Origin: Podarcis pityusensis
Taxonomy: Eukaryota
Assembly: GCA_964106645.2 (NCBI GenBank)
Contig: OZ067040.1
Length of the DNA stretch: 64,000 nucleotides
Direction: 5' to 3' (one strand)
Positions 26,945-39,440 of this stretch are shown here, piece by piece. Below the pieces are notes generated by a model, which did not search any database, had not been told where the DNA came from, and saw only the letters and a list, made by a program, of their open reading frames with translations. Position numbers and translations under genes: made by a program. Numbering within the stretch: the first letter of the stretch is position 1; every line of letters starts with the position of its first letter.

Positions 26945-26988
<44 letters not shown>
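26945..26988. repeat. (AG)n microsatellite
   Basis: Direct read. Confidence 0.97.
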
Positions 26989-26990
<2 letters not shown>

Positions 26991-27377
26991 AGAATTAATG
27001 TGAAATTTAAAAAAAACAGATTGCTACAGCCAGTCTTTCAAGGCATAGACTGAAGTATTTTCTTTATTGTATTTATTGAAATATATGATCCCCCCTCTTT
27101 TTTTAGTGATTTTAAAGGGCAAATCTCATTCTTGTGCCTTTGCAACACAATGACTCACATAACTGTGAGTGGTCTCTGTCATAATGTTCGGGTGAAATTA
27201 AAGAAAAATTGCTATGAAACCCTTTCCCATTCTCAACAGTGAGGAACAAGGCCGTACAGTTAGCTGGTGTGGACAAAGAGTGCTGGTATGATCCAGCCAC
27301 AGTTAATCCAGCCACAAAATCATGTTGATTTCCATTTGATGGATGTAAGCGTGTGCTGGTAAATGTTCTTTCCAAAG

Positions 27378-27515
27378 TCATAGAACTTGGAAGGGACCCT
27401 GAGGATCATCTAGTCCAACCCTCTGCAGTGCAGGAATATGCAACTGTCCCACATGGGGAGCAAACCTGCAATCTTGGTGTTATCAGCACCACACTCTAAC
27501 CATCTGAGCTATATC
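27378..27515 (-). mobile_element. SINE with tRNA-Ile-like head and CR1 3' tail
   Basis: Minus strand reads TAGCTCAGATGGTTAGAGTGTGGTGCTGATAACACCAAG...GGTTTGCTCCCC followed by the CR1 end GGGTTGGACTAGATGATCCTCAGGGTCCCTTCCAA.TTCTATGA. Confidence 0.75.
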
Positions 27516-29105
27516 TTCAGTTAAAGTCCCTTTATCCAAGTTGAAGAAAAAGAAAACACTGAAAATATAGCCATAAAATGCTGGGAATTTTCTTTGCCTT
27601 TGTGAATATGATTGATTAGTTATGATTGATTAGTTTAGCTCATGCACTGAGTTCAAGGCCAGTTTTGTTCACTAATAAAATTTATGTTATCATTGTTGCT
27701 GCCTACTAGAGGACTAACAAAATTGAGGGGAAAATCTTCCACTGCTGTTCATACATACTATTGTTTACTTCTTAAGTAATCAGTGAAGTGTCTGGGGCTA
27801 TGCAAGCTGAACCAGTTCTTGGAATATCCCAGGCCATCACTCAGATGTATTTATTATATTGGCATTTGCTCTTCCATGTCTTTTTCTTCCACCACCTCAC
27901 AACTGGGAGTTTTTTTTAAAAAACAATTAACCAACAAGTAAATATAGCTTGTCACCCAGTGAGTTTCAAGGCTAAAGGGGATTTTGAACCCAAGACTGAC
28001 TGAGGTAAAAGGCAAATATTCTTGGTGGAATCCAGCATAGCAATCAGATAGCAATCAGATAAACATTCTGTCAGGGAATGAATTTCCACTTGTGCCACAA
28101 AATATTCTTGCCCTCTCCTCCTCCTGAGTGTCCCTAAATCTGTTCTAGGGGCTCCCCCAACCCTCTGGAATGGTTTTGGGGAGGGTGCAGGACACCCACG
28201 TTCAGAGGAAAGGAGGAAAGTCCTGTTACACAAACAGAAATCCTTATGCTGATAGCAGAATACCACCCACTGACTACTATGCAATTTTGGCTCTCTTGTG
28301 ATATTTGTCACATTATCTAAGAGCTGAACTTGCAAGAGTACATATTTAATAGTGCATATATTAAATTAATATATTAATGTATTTAAATTAATACACATAT
28401 TAAATATATTAAGAATGCATATATTAAAAATGTGTTTCTTTCCATTTCTAGCCTATGTTGACAGTATTTTAGGTCTGTGGTGGAGGAACATGCATTGATT
28501 GCAAGATGATTGCAAGTTCCCTGAACAAATTGCTGGATACAGAATTATTAGCTTATGATCACTAGACTTATTTTAAGAGTTCAATGGTAAATATTTAATA
28601 AGTATTCAATAAGTACTTTGAGGGAGAGTAACAAATGCAGATTTCAGTATTTAAATAATATTTAATGGAGATAATATGCTTCAATACTCTGAATACATCT
28701 TCCAGAGGATTTTCTAGGCCTTAGCGGTTTGGTGAGATTCCCCCCCCCCCTTTTTTTTTTTCAGTGGACTGTTAAATGGACATTTTCGCATCACCCAAAA
28801 TGAGAAAATGCTTCGTCAAAAAAAAAGAAAAGACAAAGGAGGATACAGATTTGCATAAAATTCATATGTATAGATGCAAGTTTAGAAATAATTACTATAA
28901 TTTAAATAGAAATACAATGTGAGCAGGTCACCTGCATGCCTGCTCAGTCTGCTACCCAAAGCCTCACCGTAGACTGGCAACTTCAAGGTCTCTCCTGGGC
29001 TCCATTTTTATAGCTCATAATCTTTAAACCAGACTTGGATCAGACAGCTTGTTTAACAGACACTCTAAATCCCGTTTAGGGAACACATACCCTATTGCGA
29101 TAGAG

Positions 29106-29106
<1 letters not shown>

Positions 29107-29170
<64 letters not shown>
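29107..29170. repeat. Compound (GATA)n(GACA)n microsatellite
   Basis: Direct read. Confidence 0.97.
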
Positions 29171-32100
29171 CCTGTAAGACTGTTGAAGGCAGTGTCAAAA
29201 GATTTCTGAGTTATTGTTCTCACTGGCTGTGCACATACTACCAGCTTAAAATGCAGCCAGGACATTCTGTCTCTCAATTCTCTTTTATTTTCTTTTTTCT
29301 CATATGTCATGTATTTTGTGTTTTTATACTGTAAACTGCCCTTGATCTTTGGATGAAGGGCAGTACGTAAATTTAATTTATTTTAAAAAATGAAATTCAG
29401 ATTGAAGCTGTTTTGCAGAAAAACACAAAAAATGCAGTATTTCATATGAGACAACAGGATAGATGTGGATTGTGTACACCACTGCTCAAACCAGTGGCCA
29501 GTGTTTCAATCTTCTCTTAATTTACAGTCTGCCTGAAGCATATGGTTAATATGTTTCTGCCCCCTTATGTAAAAAAAAAGAAAAGAAAAGAGGAACTCTA
29601 AGTAAAAAGGCAGAATGCATTAGCAGGGTTAAACCTTGCCCTGGAGAAATGGCTATATATTTATAATTATTTAAGTTTATTTCTGCAATTTATATAACTG
29701 CTTGATGTACAACAAAAACTCTCAGTGCAATAAAAATGAAAGTCAGTAAAAATCATGAAATCAAATTTAAGCAAGATGCTTGCTGGAATAAAAAAATACA
29801 TTAAAAATGTATTCAGTAGGTGAGCAGCTCTTCTATATAAAGATGCACAAACAGGAGAGGTCCTGACCAAGGAAACGACTGATTACAGCTTGCTTACTTC
29901 AGGGCTGACAGCTGGGATAAATATCCCATCCAATGAACAGATGAGCTGACTTCAAGCGCAGGCTACAGAGCCTGCCCTTTTCTGAGCGGAGTAAAACAGA
30001 AACCATTTACTTATGATATCTGAGTACTTACTTTTAATGAGATGACATTGAAATAAATGTGCTGCCCTGAACATTCCAAAGCGGAAACTCTTCTTTTAAA
30101 CTTTAAGCTTAATTGATCCTGTGCCATGAGAAATCTTATTGAAATCGAGGGGTTTGTGCTGTTAAGCTCCTTTTCATGTACTCAATCAAGTGGCCGCGAG
30201 GACAAATGACTTTATTACTAATCAAAAAGGAAGATGTCTGTGTAATTTTACAAATTGCCCTGTTATGAGCACCATTCTGCCATTCATTTTGCTCAAGAAG
30301 AGACTCTCCTGCTGAAACAGAATCAGATTTGCAAGTTACCATTTTAAGCAAGAGATGCCCTAAGAGCTTCTCTGCACTCCAATCTAAGATCAGCAAATCA
30401 TAGACCGGTGCTTCTTGAATGAACACCACAATGCTGCAGGATGGCTATTCAAGGAAACAATGGCCAATGATGACATCTGACGGTCGAAATCTACATGCTG
30501 AAACTTGGGTTTGGATAGAAATCCTAGTTCTGTCTGACATATTTAGCAGAAACATTTCAGATTCCAACATAAAAATTGATTTATGTCCTGGGCTTATACG
30601 GGGCATAGAATGGTAAAGGGTAAAGCAGATGTTCTGAGCCAGGATAGGAAGGAGAGTAGCGAGCTGGCTGGGCTGAAGAGATTTCTTGTCCAAAATATCT
30701 GGTGGGCACCAAGTTGGCAATTGCTTCCATGGTGGTTTGATAGTGATTGACAGAGGGCTATCTGAAGAACAGCAGGGATGTGAAATACATTCTTAGAACT
30801 ATTATTCATTTAGCAGGAGGTTAACTACAAGGAAATAGCTCTCACCACCACTTCTTGAGCTGTATCTTCATTTTATTTTGTCTTCATCACTTGCCGCAGA
30901 AGCTGTCTCCCTGCTCCCTTCAGTCCCTACAATGCACCTGTCCCGCACCATTCAAGTTAAAGGACAGGTTGCCACAAAAGCGAAGAGTGGATCAAATTCC
31001 AAGAACACAGCTTCTGTCATGCTGATCCCCCAAAACGGGTTATAGGATTCACTGTCGGAATCATATTTATATGCAGTCATATTTATAACCCGAAATTGTT
31101 CGTTAAACCTCTCTTCTCCCTTTCTCCTCCCTTGTGCAGTTCATCATTCCCCCATGCAGCAAAGATTTCTTAGCTCTTTTATCACCCTCAAGAAGGTTGG
31201 AGGAAAGATTTTAATCAAATTCTCATACGTCATTTGGACACCCTCTCCAAAAACGAAAGAAAGCCAGAAGCCTGCAGAACCAGTGGCTTCGTGTGTCATC
31301 TGAATGAATTTTATACCATCCATTTTATTTGCATGATGGAATTCCTATTTATTTTTTAAATCCCTTATAGAGTATTTTTATTGACTTCATGCTTCTCGAT
31401 GTGCTACCTGACTCCATAATGCCACACATTCACTTCACGCTCTGCCTTTCTGTCCAGTGCCAGCAGAATAGGCTGAATGCTACTAATGAATCTGAATCAA
31501 ATAAGCAGTAATTTGGATTATCAAATGCTGCAGATGAACTACAAGGGATGATTGCCCTTCCCATGATGATATAGTATTTCCTTGTAAACTTCCTAGAGGT
31601 ATTTGGTTGGCTTGTGGAGATTCTAGTCTAGTGCTGAACAAGCAATTAAACATTAAACCCAGATGTGGAGGCAGTACAGCTCCAGTATGTGTATCTGTGT
31701 GTGAAAGATAGCACATCCCTTGCCTGAAGGTGGGAAAATTAAGGGCTCCATCACTTCCTGGAGCCTGTGATCTGGGCTCTAAGACTTCCTGTTGCCGTAA
31801 CCTGCTGTGAAGAGCCTGTGATATAAAGCGGGCAGGTAGACAAAGGCTTGAAACAAAGGTTGCTAGCCAGAGGGTAGGTAGATCAAGGTGGCTCTCAGCA
31901 TGGTAAGGAAAAAATATTTTAAGCCTGAAAGAGGGGCAAACAAGAAAGCTGATACTCAAGAGCAAGATTCTTCTGAAAGTCTGGTAGGGAAAGGGACTGT
32001 TTAAGTTCAAGGTCTGCATTTTAATCTACTTTTGGTTTTTGCTCGGTTGGGGAATTTGCTGGATTCTCAATTATGTTTTCCTTAAAATTATCTCTTTCTC

Positions 32101-32913
32101 ATTTTAGTAAACTTTTTCTACTATTGTAAACACCCTTATGCCTAGACGCCATAACCTTCTCTACTTTGCAAATTTCAGGCAGACCCCAGGAAAGAGGTTG
32201 TTGATTGATAAAGGACAGCCTGATAAGGCTCATCTTCCCCTTTATCTTGTAGCATCAAGTTCTTGGAAGAGGCAAGGTGGGCTGAACAGAAGGGCACACC
32301 CTGCATATCCAGGAGTGCCTTACCCTCAGCCAGCATGTGACCCAGGGTGGGTGGGAGGTGACCATCACTGAGGCAGAAGATCATGGGTGCAACTTTCAGA
32401 TTCTACCTAGACAGGTGCAGTCAGAGGACTGTACCCTGGAATTTGCTGCTAGATTGCAAGAAATATTGGCACAGGATTATTGGATCGCATGGCATAGCTG
32501 ATTGGGCAACAAACTGTCTTGAGCCAATGAGAGTTGCATCCCTGGATTTTTAGGCAAATTTGCATCCACATCAGAACAAAGTATAGATAGTCATATTGGT
32601 CTATAAAAATCTACAGTATAGCAATGTTTTTATTAGGAACAATCATAAAACTTACTATTTCATGCTATTTTGCTTGGTCCCCTAGTAAAGGTCTCGTCCT
32701 ACTGTGAATTCAGCATCAGAGTAATTAAAGGCCAGGATCTCAAACCAATGTTAAAGATGCCAAGGATTTGGGCATGACCAAACTGTAATGTTTCCTTCCT
32801 TGAAAAGCAGGTCCCCATCCAACATCTGAATGTGGCTGTTTGCGAACTCAAGCACCAAAGCTCATTAGGTTCATGGAACTAGTTGCACAGTCCTTTGGAT
32901 CCCAGTCATAGTT

Positions 32914-33004
32914 AGGCTGCAATCCTATGCACACTTTTCTGGGAGTGAGCCCCATTGAAAACAATGGGAATTAATTCAGAGTAACACCTAGGATTGCAGT
33001 GTTA
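32914..33004. repeat. Short palindromic MITE-like repeat (GCTGCAATCCTA...TAGGATTGCAG)
   Basis: Fold-back sequence centred on CCCATTGAAAACAATGGG; degraded relatives at about 3815-3895 and 40215-40290. Confidence 0.7.
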
Positions 33005-34584
33005 GTCTACATAAATGGTTTTCTCCAGAGATGACTTTGAAAAATTAATTTAAAATGCATACAAAGTTTAGATTTTGTACATTTTCTATGACAAAATTAA
33101 AGTCATCACAGCTCCTGTTGTAAAAAGCAGATAGTGCCCATAGCTCTTCTTTTCACTTGGATCAAAACACTCTATCAGAATAACTGTTTTGTTACTGGAC
33201 TTGGGGGTGGGGGGGAGAGGCATAGGCAATGCTTTTCTGAACTAGAAGGGAAGGAGCAGCAGTAGTTTTTTTTTTTTAATCTCATAAAGTTGAACCAGAA
33301 AACTTAATCAAACCCTGCTTGACCTTGAAAACAAGATTAAGTGTTTAATCTAATCTGGAAACACAATGCTCTGAAGAAACATTGCTGGAACTGGAGACGC
33401 TTAAATCAACCTTTGATAAAATAGTAACCCAGAGGGCAGCTTCCTCTTCATTCTTTGTCTGACCAATATAAGCTCTCTTGATTAGTTAGAAGCCTGACCA
33501 CATACTGATCTGCTTGACAGAAAAATAAAATGGAGGTCGGGGGGAAACCACCATTCCATTTTGCTTTTCAATCCATGCAACATGTTTCGTTGCTCCCAGA
33601 CCCAGGAATCAAGACACCTGTATTTAAATAAGAATTTAATTGAGTTGCTGATCTACAAAAGTCCTTGGTTATCCACCCAAATCTTCAACTGTAAAAGTGG
33701 TACCTACTGAAGAATGCTTGGGTAACTTAACCCTGGTTCCAAGCCTTGATTAGAGCTGTACACTGCTCATAGCCAGCCAAATCTATCACTATTACTGTTA
33801 CTTCTGTGTGTGTATATATATATATACACACACACTGCCCTTCATCTGTAAATCTCAGGGCAGTTCACAACATTGATTCCCCATTCCCTCACCATAGTTT
33901 TGCCCTGTTGTAATTTTTAATTTTCTCTTTAGAAGGCTCTTCCAGATTAAGTTTAGAAACACCCTTGCCAACTGCTAATTCAGATCACAGAGCAAAAGGT
34001 TCCTACTTTAGGGAATTTCCCGGACACATCCGGAATACTGCAGCCGAAAGCAGCATCATGCTGGAAATGGCAAAGAAAGGTCTGGGGAAATCCGGACGTA
34101 TGGCAACCCATGTCGGCAGTTATTGTGAATTTGCCAAAAAAAAGCTCAACATGGCAACCATACCTACTTAGTCCTGAGACAACAAGCTGGACCCACACTG
34201 CCATGATCTGGCAGGAAGGGTAGTTTACCATCCATCTGCTGGAAATGGACAGACAGACCTTAAAAGCCTCTCCCATTCATTCATTTTATTTATATGTCAC
34301 ATTTTTTATTTTTCAAAAAAATCATGCTCAAAGCGGCTTACGACAGAAACTAGATGCATTTCAAACAAATATAACAACATACCAAGAAACTGCATTCCAA
34401 TATTACAAATATAACAAGATCACTTAAGCAACATGCAGCATTTGATAACAAAAACTACAAGGGAGCATCACAGTTCCACCTTGGTCCTAGGAACACTCCT
34501 CCCATGACGTTGCTCATGTGACTTCCCATGTGACTTCTTATTGGATGCACGTCCGGTGCTGCACCTGCTTTTAAAGTAACACGT

Positions 34585-34690
34585 CTACATTTGGATGGCC
34601 ATCTGTCACAGATGCTTTTGCTGAGATTCCTGCATTGCAGGGGGTTGGACTAGATGGCCCTTGGCATCCCTTCCAACTATGCAATTCTAT
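34585..34690 (+). mobile_element. CR1 LINE 3' end
   Basis: GATTCCTGCATTGCAGGGGGTTGGACTAGATGGCCCTTGG..TCCCTTCCAACT.TGCAATTCTAT. Other CR1 3' relics on the minus strand at about 47525-47760 and 51530-51850. Confidence 0.8.
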
Positions 34691-35030
34691 CTACAAATTT
34701 TCCCATAGGAGGCAAAAGGCTGCACTGCTGCCACCCCACCCTTCCAGTTGTGAACTCCAGGCATCCAGAGTCTAGTATTTTATTTATAACTTGCACTTTC
34801 ATAAAATATATCAAAGCATCTGAGGGAGGTGCTGGAAGTTTTAAGTAAGAAAAATGCAAAATAGTCACCCAAACTATCAGTGCAAATAATCCACTTCTCT
34901 TTCCTTATGCTTTTCTCTATGTGCCAAAAACTCCCTCCCTATACTTATGCCTTTCTATATATGCCAAGAGAACATTCCCTTAGTTTTTTGGACACTGCCC
35001 CTACCTGTGAACTGGCACTTTGGTTAAGAC

Positions 35031-35178
35031 CAGTGCTTTTTTGGGGGGGGGTGTACGCAGGGGTACGCATACCCCTAAACATGTTGTGAATCTAAGTTTG
35101 GCCTCATTGAGGGGCAGTATTTCAATATTAGTAGGAAAATGAGAGTACCCCTAAACATTTTTTTATAAAAAAGCACTG
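35031..35178. mobile_element. hAT MITE, 148 bp
   Basis: TIR CAGTGCTTTTT/AAAAAGCACTG with perfect 8-bp TSD GTTAAGAC. Confidence 0.9.
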
Positions 35179-36553
35179 GTTAAGACTGTACATATATATC
35201 TCTATATAGGCACCTATCACAGAAGGAAGAAGAAAGACCATTTAATTAGTGTCAGTATAGCCAAGGGCAGTGTGTTATGGGCTGACCTAGCACAAGCACA
35301 GATCATGAAAGAGAGGCAGATGAGAAGCCACAAGTGCATTAGCAGTTGCAGAATAATGTAATGAGAAAATGTTTATGGACTTGTGGAATGGTGCATAACT
35401 GCACTGGGAATTAATGTTTGCCATGGAAAGGAAGATGCACAATTCCACTCCAATTTGGTCCTTTTTCAGACATGCTGTGCCTTCGGCCATCTGTTTCAGG
35501 TCCTATTCCAGCCTAGATTTTATTTCTCCTGGTTTGCTGGGTAAGAAATATGCTTCCTATATGTACTGTTTATAATGGGCAGATGAAGATGGGCTTTCTG
35601 CCTTTAAAGCAACATAAGTTTTGAGGGGGGAAATCGTTTGGTTTTACAACTGCTTTCACAAACATGTTAGAATCTTCTTCATCCACCCAGTCACATGTAG
35701 CCTAGAAACCTCATGAGTTATACCTGGCCTTGCCTTATACATCAGAGCCACTTCTTCCCAGCCCATCAAAAGCCTATATTCCCCCTGCTCCACTTCTCTC
35801 CCAGATTCTATATGTACCCTCCTGTTTACATAAGCTAACAGAGTCCACAATAGCAAGGAGTGTGTGACCCTGCTATAGCAGTGCTACAGGAGTGTGTGAT
35901 GCACACCTGAGGAAACCCTAACCCTTGGTTATTTGCAGGTATATTACTCTCCCTCAGCTTGTTGGTTTTTGCTCTCCCTTGCACACCTTCCCTGACTGGA
36001 AAAACATTACTTGAAGACCTTTATGTTCATTGGATATGTGGGCATTCCACAGCGAATTATGTAATTCAACGAGTTCTGCATTTAAAAAACCCAAAACCCC
36101 ACTTCGAAACCTTCAGTCATATTCAGTATACTTTTATTCAGGTGAATGGCTCCATTAACATCACTGGGATAGGTCATTTTAGTCAGAAGGCAGCCATCAC
36201 GATGAATTAAGACGTGTCCCATTGTGTGACTGCTTAGTCCATAACTGACCTCTGCAGCTGAAGCACAACCCTTGCCCACGGTATGTAACTTGCCATCTGA
36301 CCCTTACATCTTAGCATCATTCAGGAACATACTGGGGAGGCGGGGATTACAAGCTGCAATACTGAATGATGGCAAGGATGAAGGAAGGGCTCCTTAGAGC
36401 ATACCTGAAACAAAGATTTGCCTTAATCTAAAACTTGAAAAATCTGAATGCAAACTTTGGGAAATGACTCCTGCTCTCCTTCTTTCCTTCACCCTACAAT
36501 TCAGCTAACATGATCTCACAATGCTCCACTGTTCTGAAAAAAGAAAGGGTGCA

Positions 36554-36571
36554 ACAGGAAGTGACGCGTCA
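36554..36571. promoter_or_regulatory. Overlapping ETS site (ACAGGAAGTG) and CRE-like palindrome (TGACGCGTCA)
   Basis: Motifs read directly; CpGs preserved in unique, non-repeat sequence. Confidence 0.35.
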
Positions 36572-37071
36572 GGAGGAACCACTCAGAGTCCTCATTTAAC
36601 TGCATTATTCTTGAAAAGCACAGCTGTGTCTGTCTCAGCTGGCATAAACCAGTTGGTGAACCCTACCTTTTTCAAATGTCCTTTTCAACAGAGATTTATT
36701 ACAATCCCATGTAGAATAGAGGCCCATATTTAAAAGCCTGAGATGTTATCAAGCTAAAAATGAACTCATATAGAATTAAATGCTTACACTTTGGCAAACT
36801 ACTGGCTAAGAATCTTATGAAAACAATTATGATTTTAGGAAGAACATAGAAACTGTGCTTTCCTGATATCTTTGATCCCTGTAGCTCAATGCTATCTAAA
36901 CTGACAGGCAGTAATTTCTCAGGGTTTCAGACAGGGGTCTTCCTTAGCCCGACCTGGAGGTAGGGAGGCAAGATCCAAAAAAAAAAACACGGCTCTTCCA
37001 CCAGACCAGTAACTTTTGGCTCATCTCCAAATTTGTCTTCTCCTGCTGTTCACTACAAGATCTCTGTAGTA

Positions 37072-37313
37072 CAGTGGTACCTCAGGTTACATACGCTTCA
37101 GGTTACATACACTTCAGGTTACACACTCCGCTAACCCAGAAATAGTGCTTCGGGTTAAGAACTTTGCTTCAGGATAAGAACAGAAATCGGGCTCTGGCGG
37201 CGTGGCGGCAGCAGGAGGCCCCATTAGCTAAAGTGGTGCTTCAGGTTAAGAACAGTTTCAGGTTAAGAACGGACCTCCGGAACAAATTAAGTACTTAACC
37301 TGAGGTACCACTG
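37072..37313 (-). mobile_element. Tigger-like MITE, 242 bp (copy 2, inverted relative to copy 1)
   Basis: Reverse complement of 17504-17745 with roughly 15 mismatches by eye; TA TSD. Confidence 0.92.
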
Positions 37314-37399
37314 TACTTGAGTTTGCTTTTCTCTTCCTCCCTCCCATCCTCCTTTTTTTGTGTCTTGTCTTTTAGCCACATGTCAGGGACTATCTTCTG

Positions 37400-37571
37400 C
37401 GTAGGAGCCATCTCCTAGGGGCGCCTTAAAATATTTGAGGGGGCTGCCCCCGCCCCAAGTTGTTGGGCATTGCCGTTCAAATGGTGTGTGTGCACCACGT
37501 CTTGTGATCAGTTATGCAGGGTGGGGCTTACCTGCCCCCCTCCCAATATTTTATTCAAGTTGGCACCCCTG
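37400..37571. mobile_element. hAT MITE with imperfect termini
   Basis: Perfect 8-bp TSD ATCTTCTG (37392-37399, 37572-37579); ends CGTAGGAGCCA / TGGCACCCCTG. Confidence 0.75.
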
Positions 37572-38621
37572 ATCTTCTGTCTGCATTTGTAAGCTACTCT
37601 GGAAACCCCCCTTTTTTTGGCTGAAAGCAGGATAAAAGTGCCACATGATGATGACAATGATGATGATAGAGAGTGAAGTTCATCAGGTGTGGCTTGTCAA
37701 CTTGGAGATGGCTCCTTCTGCATGAAAAACATCTTACCTACCACTGAGCCATAGTCCTTTCCTAAACATGTTTACTCTGGTGTTTCAATAGGAAAACTTG
37801 GGTGTAGTTCAAAAGGAAAAGATGGAAGATGGGCTAGATTTGTTTCAGTGTTCATTCAGGAAGAAACAGATAGCTTAATCAGGGAAGCATGACTTTTCAC
37901 TGCGTGCGGTTTTGGTTTTCCATTCAAGCTGGTTACAAAATTAAATATTTAAAAAGGATATTTATTTGACTGCCTCAATTAGCTCTGTCAGGAACACACA
38001 CTGTTTTATGCTGTCTGGATGACAGTGTACCAATAGTCACTTCTACATTTGCAGAAATGTCTGTCAGGCCCATGGTATTTCATTGGGTCGGCTGTTAGTA
38101 TTTGACCACTTCTACTGTGACCAACACTGTAGTGCAGCCTGTTTCATAATTTACTGATGGCACAGAGTAGTTGTTGATAAGCCTTATCAGAATTCATTCA
38201 TGCTTTTCAAGAACCAAAGCTAACTTTCACTTTGAAATTCTAAAAGTTCTGTGCTGGCATTCTTGCTACACAGGAAAATGCTGATGAAAACAATGGCTGC
38301 TGAAATGGCAATTATTTGCTGAGTTGTTCACAACCAGATGTGATGAGGACATCTCCAGTAGATGTTACCTACTGAGCACTTGATGAAACATCTGTGTGAT
38401 GTGACATTTATTACACTGCTTACTGGTTCACTGTAAGGGCAAACTGGGTTCTTACCTTCATAAGGGCACAGTGCCTGCAATATCCAGCAGGCAGGAGTGC
38501 TTTGTTCAGCAGGCCAGCAAATCTGCTGCTGTTGAAACAAATAAGAGGACAGCACAATGCACATTTGATGCAAGAAGTGTAGATTCCCTGGGAATCTTGC
38601 ACTTCAGAACATCAAAATCTT

Positions 38622-38626
<5 letters not shown>

Positions 38627-38658
<32 letters not shown>
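38627..38658. repeat. (CT)n microsatellite
   Basis: Direct read. Confidence 0.97.
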
Positions 38659-38659
<1 letters not shown>

Positions 38660-39046
38660 ACATATTATACAAATGATGAATTATGCAAAATGGTTTGATT
38701 TGTTTTTGTTTTAATTACAGTGTATTATTTTTTTAATAAAAAAACTTTTAGTCTCATATACCTCCTAGCACTATTTATACCAAATAAAGTAGAATAATAA
38801 ACAGCATTTCTATTTCAGCTTGTCTGTTCCTCAACATAAGAGAAACATATTTCTATGCCCTTTGGAAGCTGGCTGATGAATGATGAAAGAGGCATAAAGA
38901 GAATAGCACTGGATTTCAGAATTAAGTTACCAAAGCTAATAGTCAAATAAGAATCCATGTTGCATGGAAAAGATGGGCAGAGATGAGAGAAGCTGGGGTG
39001 AGTGAACAGTATGGATTTTTTGGCAATTGTTTTACTAGTTAAGATT

Positions 39047-39440
39047 AGGGATGTGAGAGAAATCCAAGTCAGTTTACACTTAAAGGTGATCTTATCTAAT
39101 TCACACTTTCCAGACTATCCATGAAGCATAGCCATAATTTGAAATTTGCACTTTCCCAAATCTTGGAGTGCAGTTCTCCAGCCAAATGTGTACAGAAATG
39201 CATTTAATAGGATAAACTGTGCATATAAAGGAATATATTGGTGAAAACGACATACAAAAACACATTATATTAGGGGAAATTGCTTTTGCAAAAATGCATC
39301 CATTAGGAGAGATTTGCACTAAAATGCTGAAGTTTCATGAGGACTTTTTTTTAAATCCTGAAATGATGTGGAAATATGAAGAACCAAGCATAAGACTGGA
39401 AAAATAAGAAACAGAGAAAAACCAAAATAGACATGTTTGC
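39047..39440 (-). mobile_element. Old AT-rich non-autonomous DNA element (TAGGGATG terminus, probably hAT); family recurs in the window
   Basis: Shared motifs (GTTATTTTCAC, AACTGCA..CAAAA, GAAAGTGC.AAT.AGG..GGTTTGCCTTTAAATG) in opposite orientation at about 5570-5825, 10700-11345, 16970-17815, 23490-23665 and 53700-54030. Confidence 0.65.

Larger units (their letters stand above)
36835..37760 (-). mobile_element. Squam2-like SINE split by nested insertions (tail about 36835-36960, head about 37700-37760)
   Basis: Reverse complement of the SINE body (CAGGGTTTCAGACAGGGGTCTTCC..GCCC.ACCTGGAG) and of the tRNA head (TTCTGCATG...CTACCACTGAGCCATAG), separated by other repeats. Confidence 0.6.

Noticed and set aside
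27440-27515. tRNA-Ile gene
   Set aside because: Degenerate B box and acceptor stem, fused to a CR1 tail: a SINE head, not a functional tRNA.
31483-32019. Longest ORF in the track (178 aa), and similar ORFs at 44169-44690, 45336-45836, 24598-25035 and 59211-59570
   Set aside because: No recognisable domain and a composition typical of random intronic ORFs; 31483-32019 also overlaps a decayed LINE-like segment.
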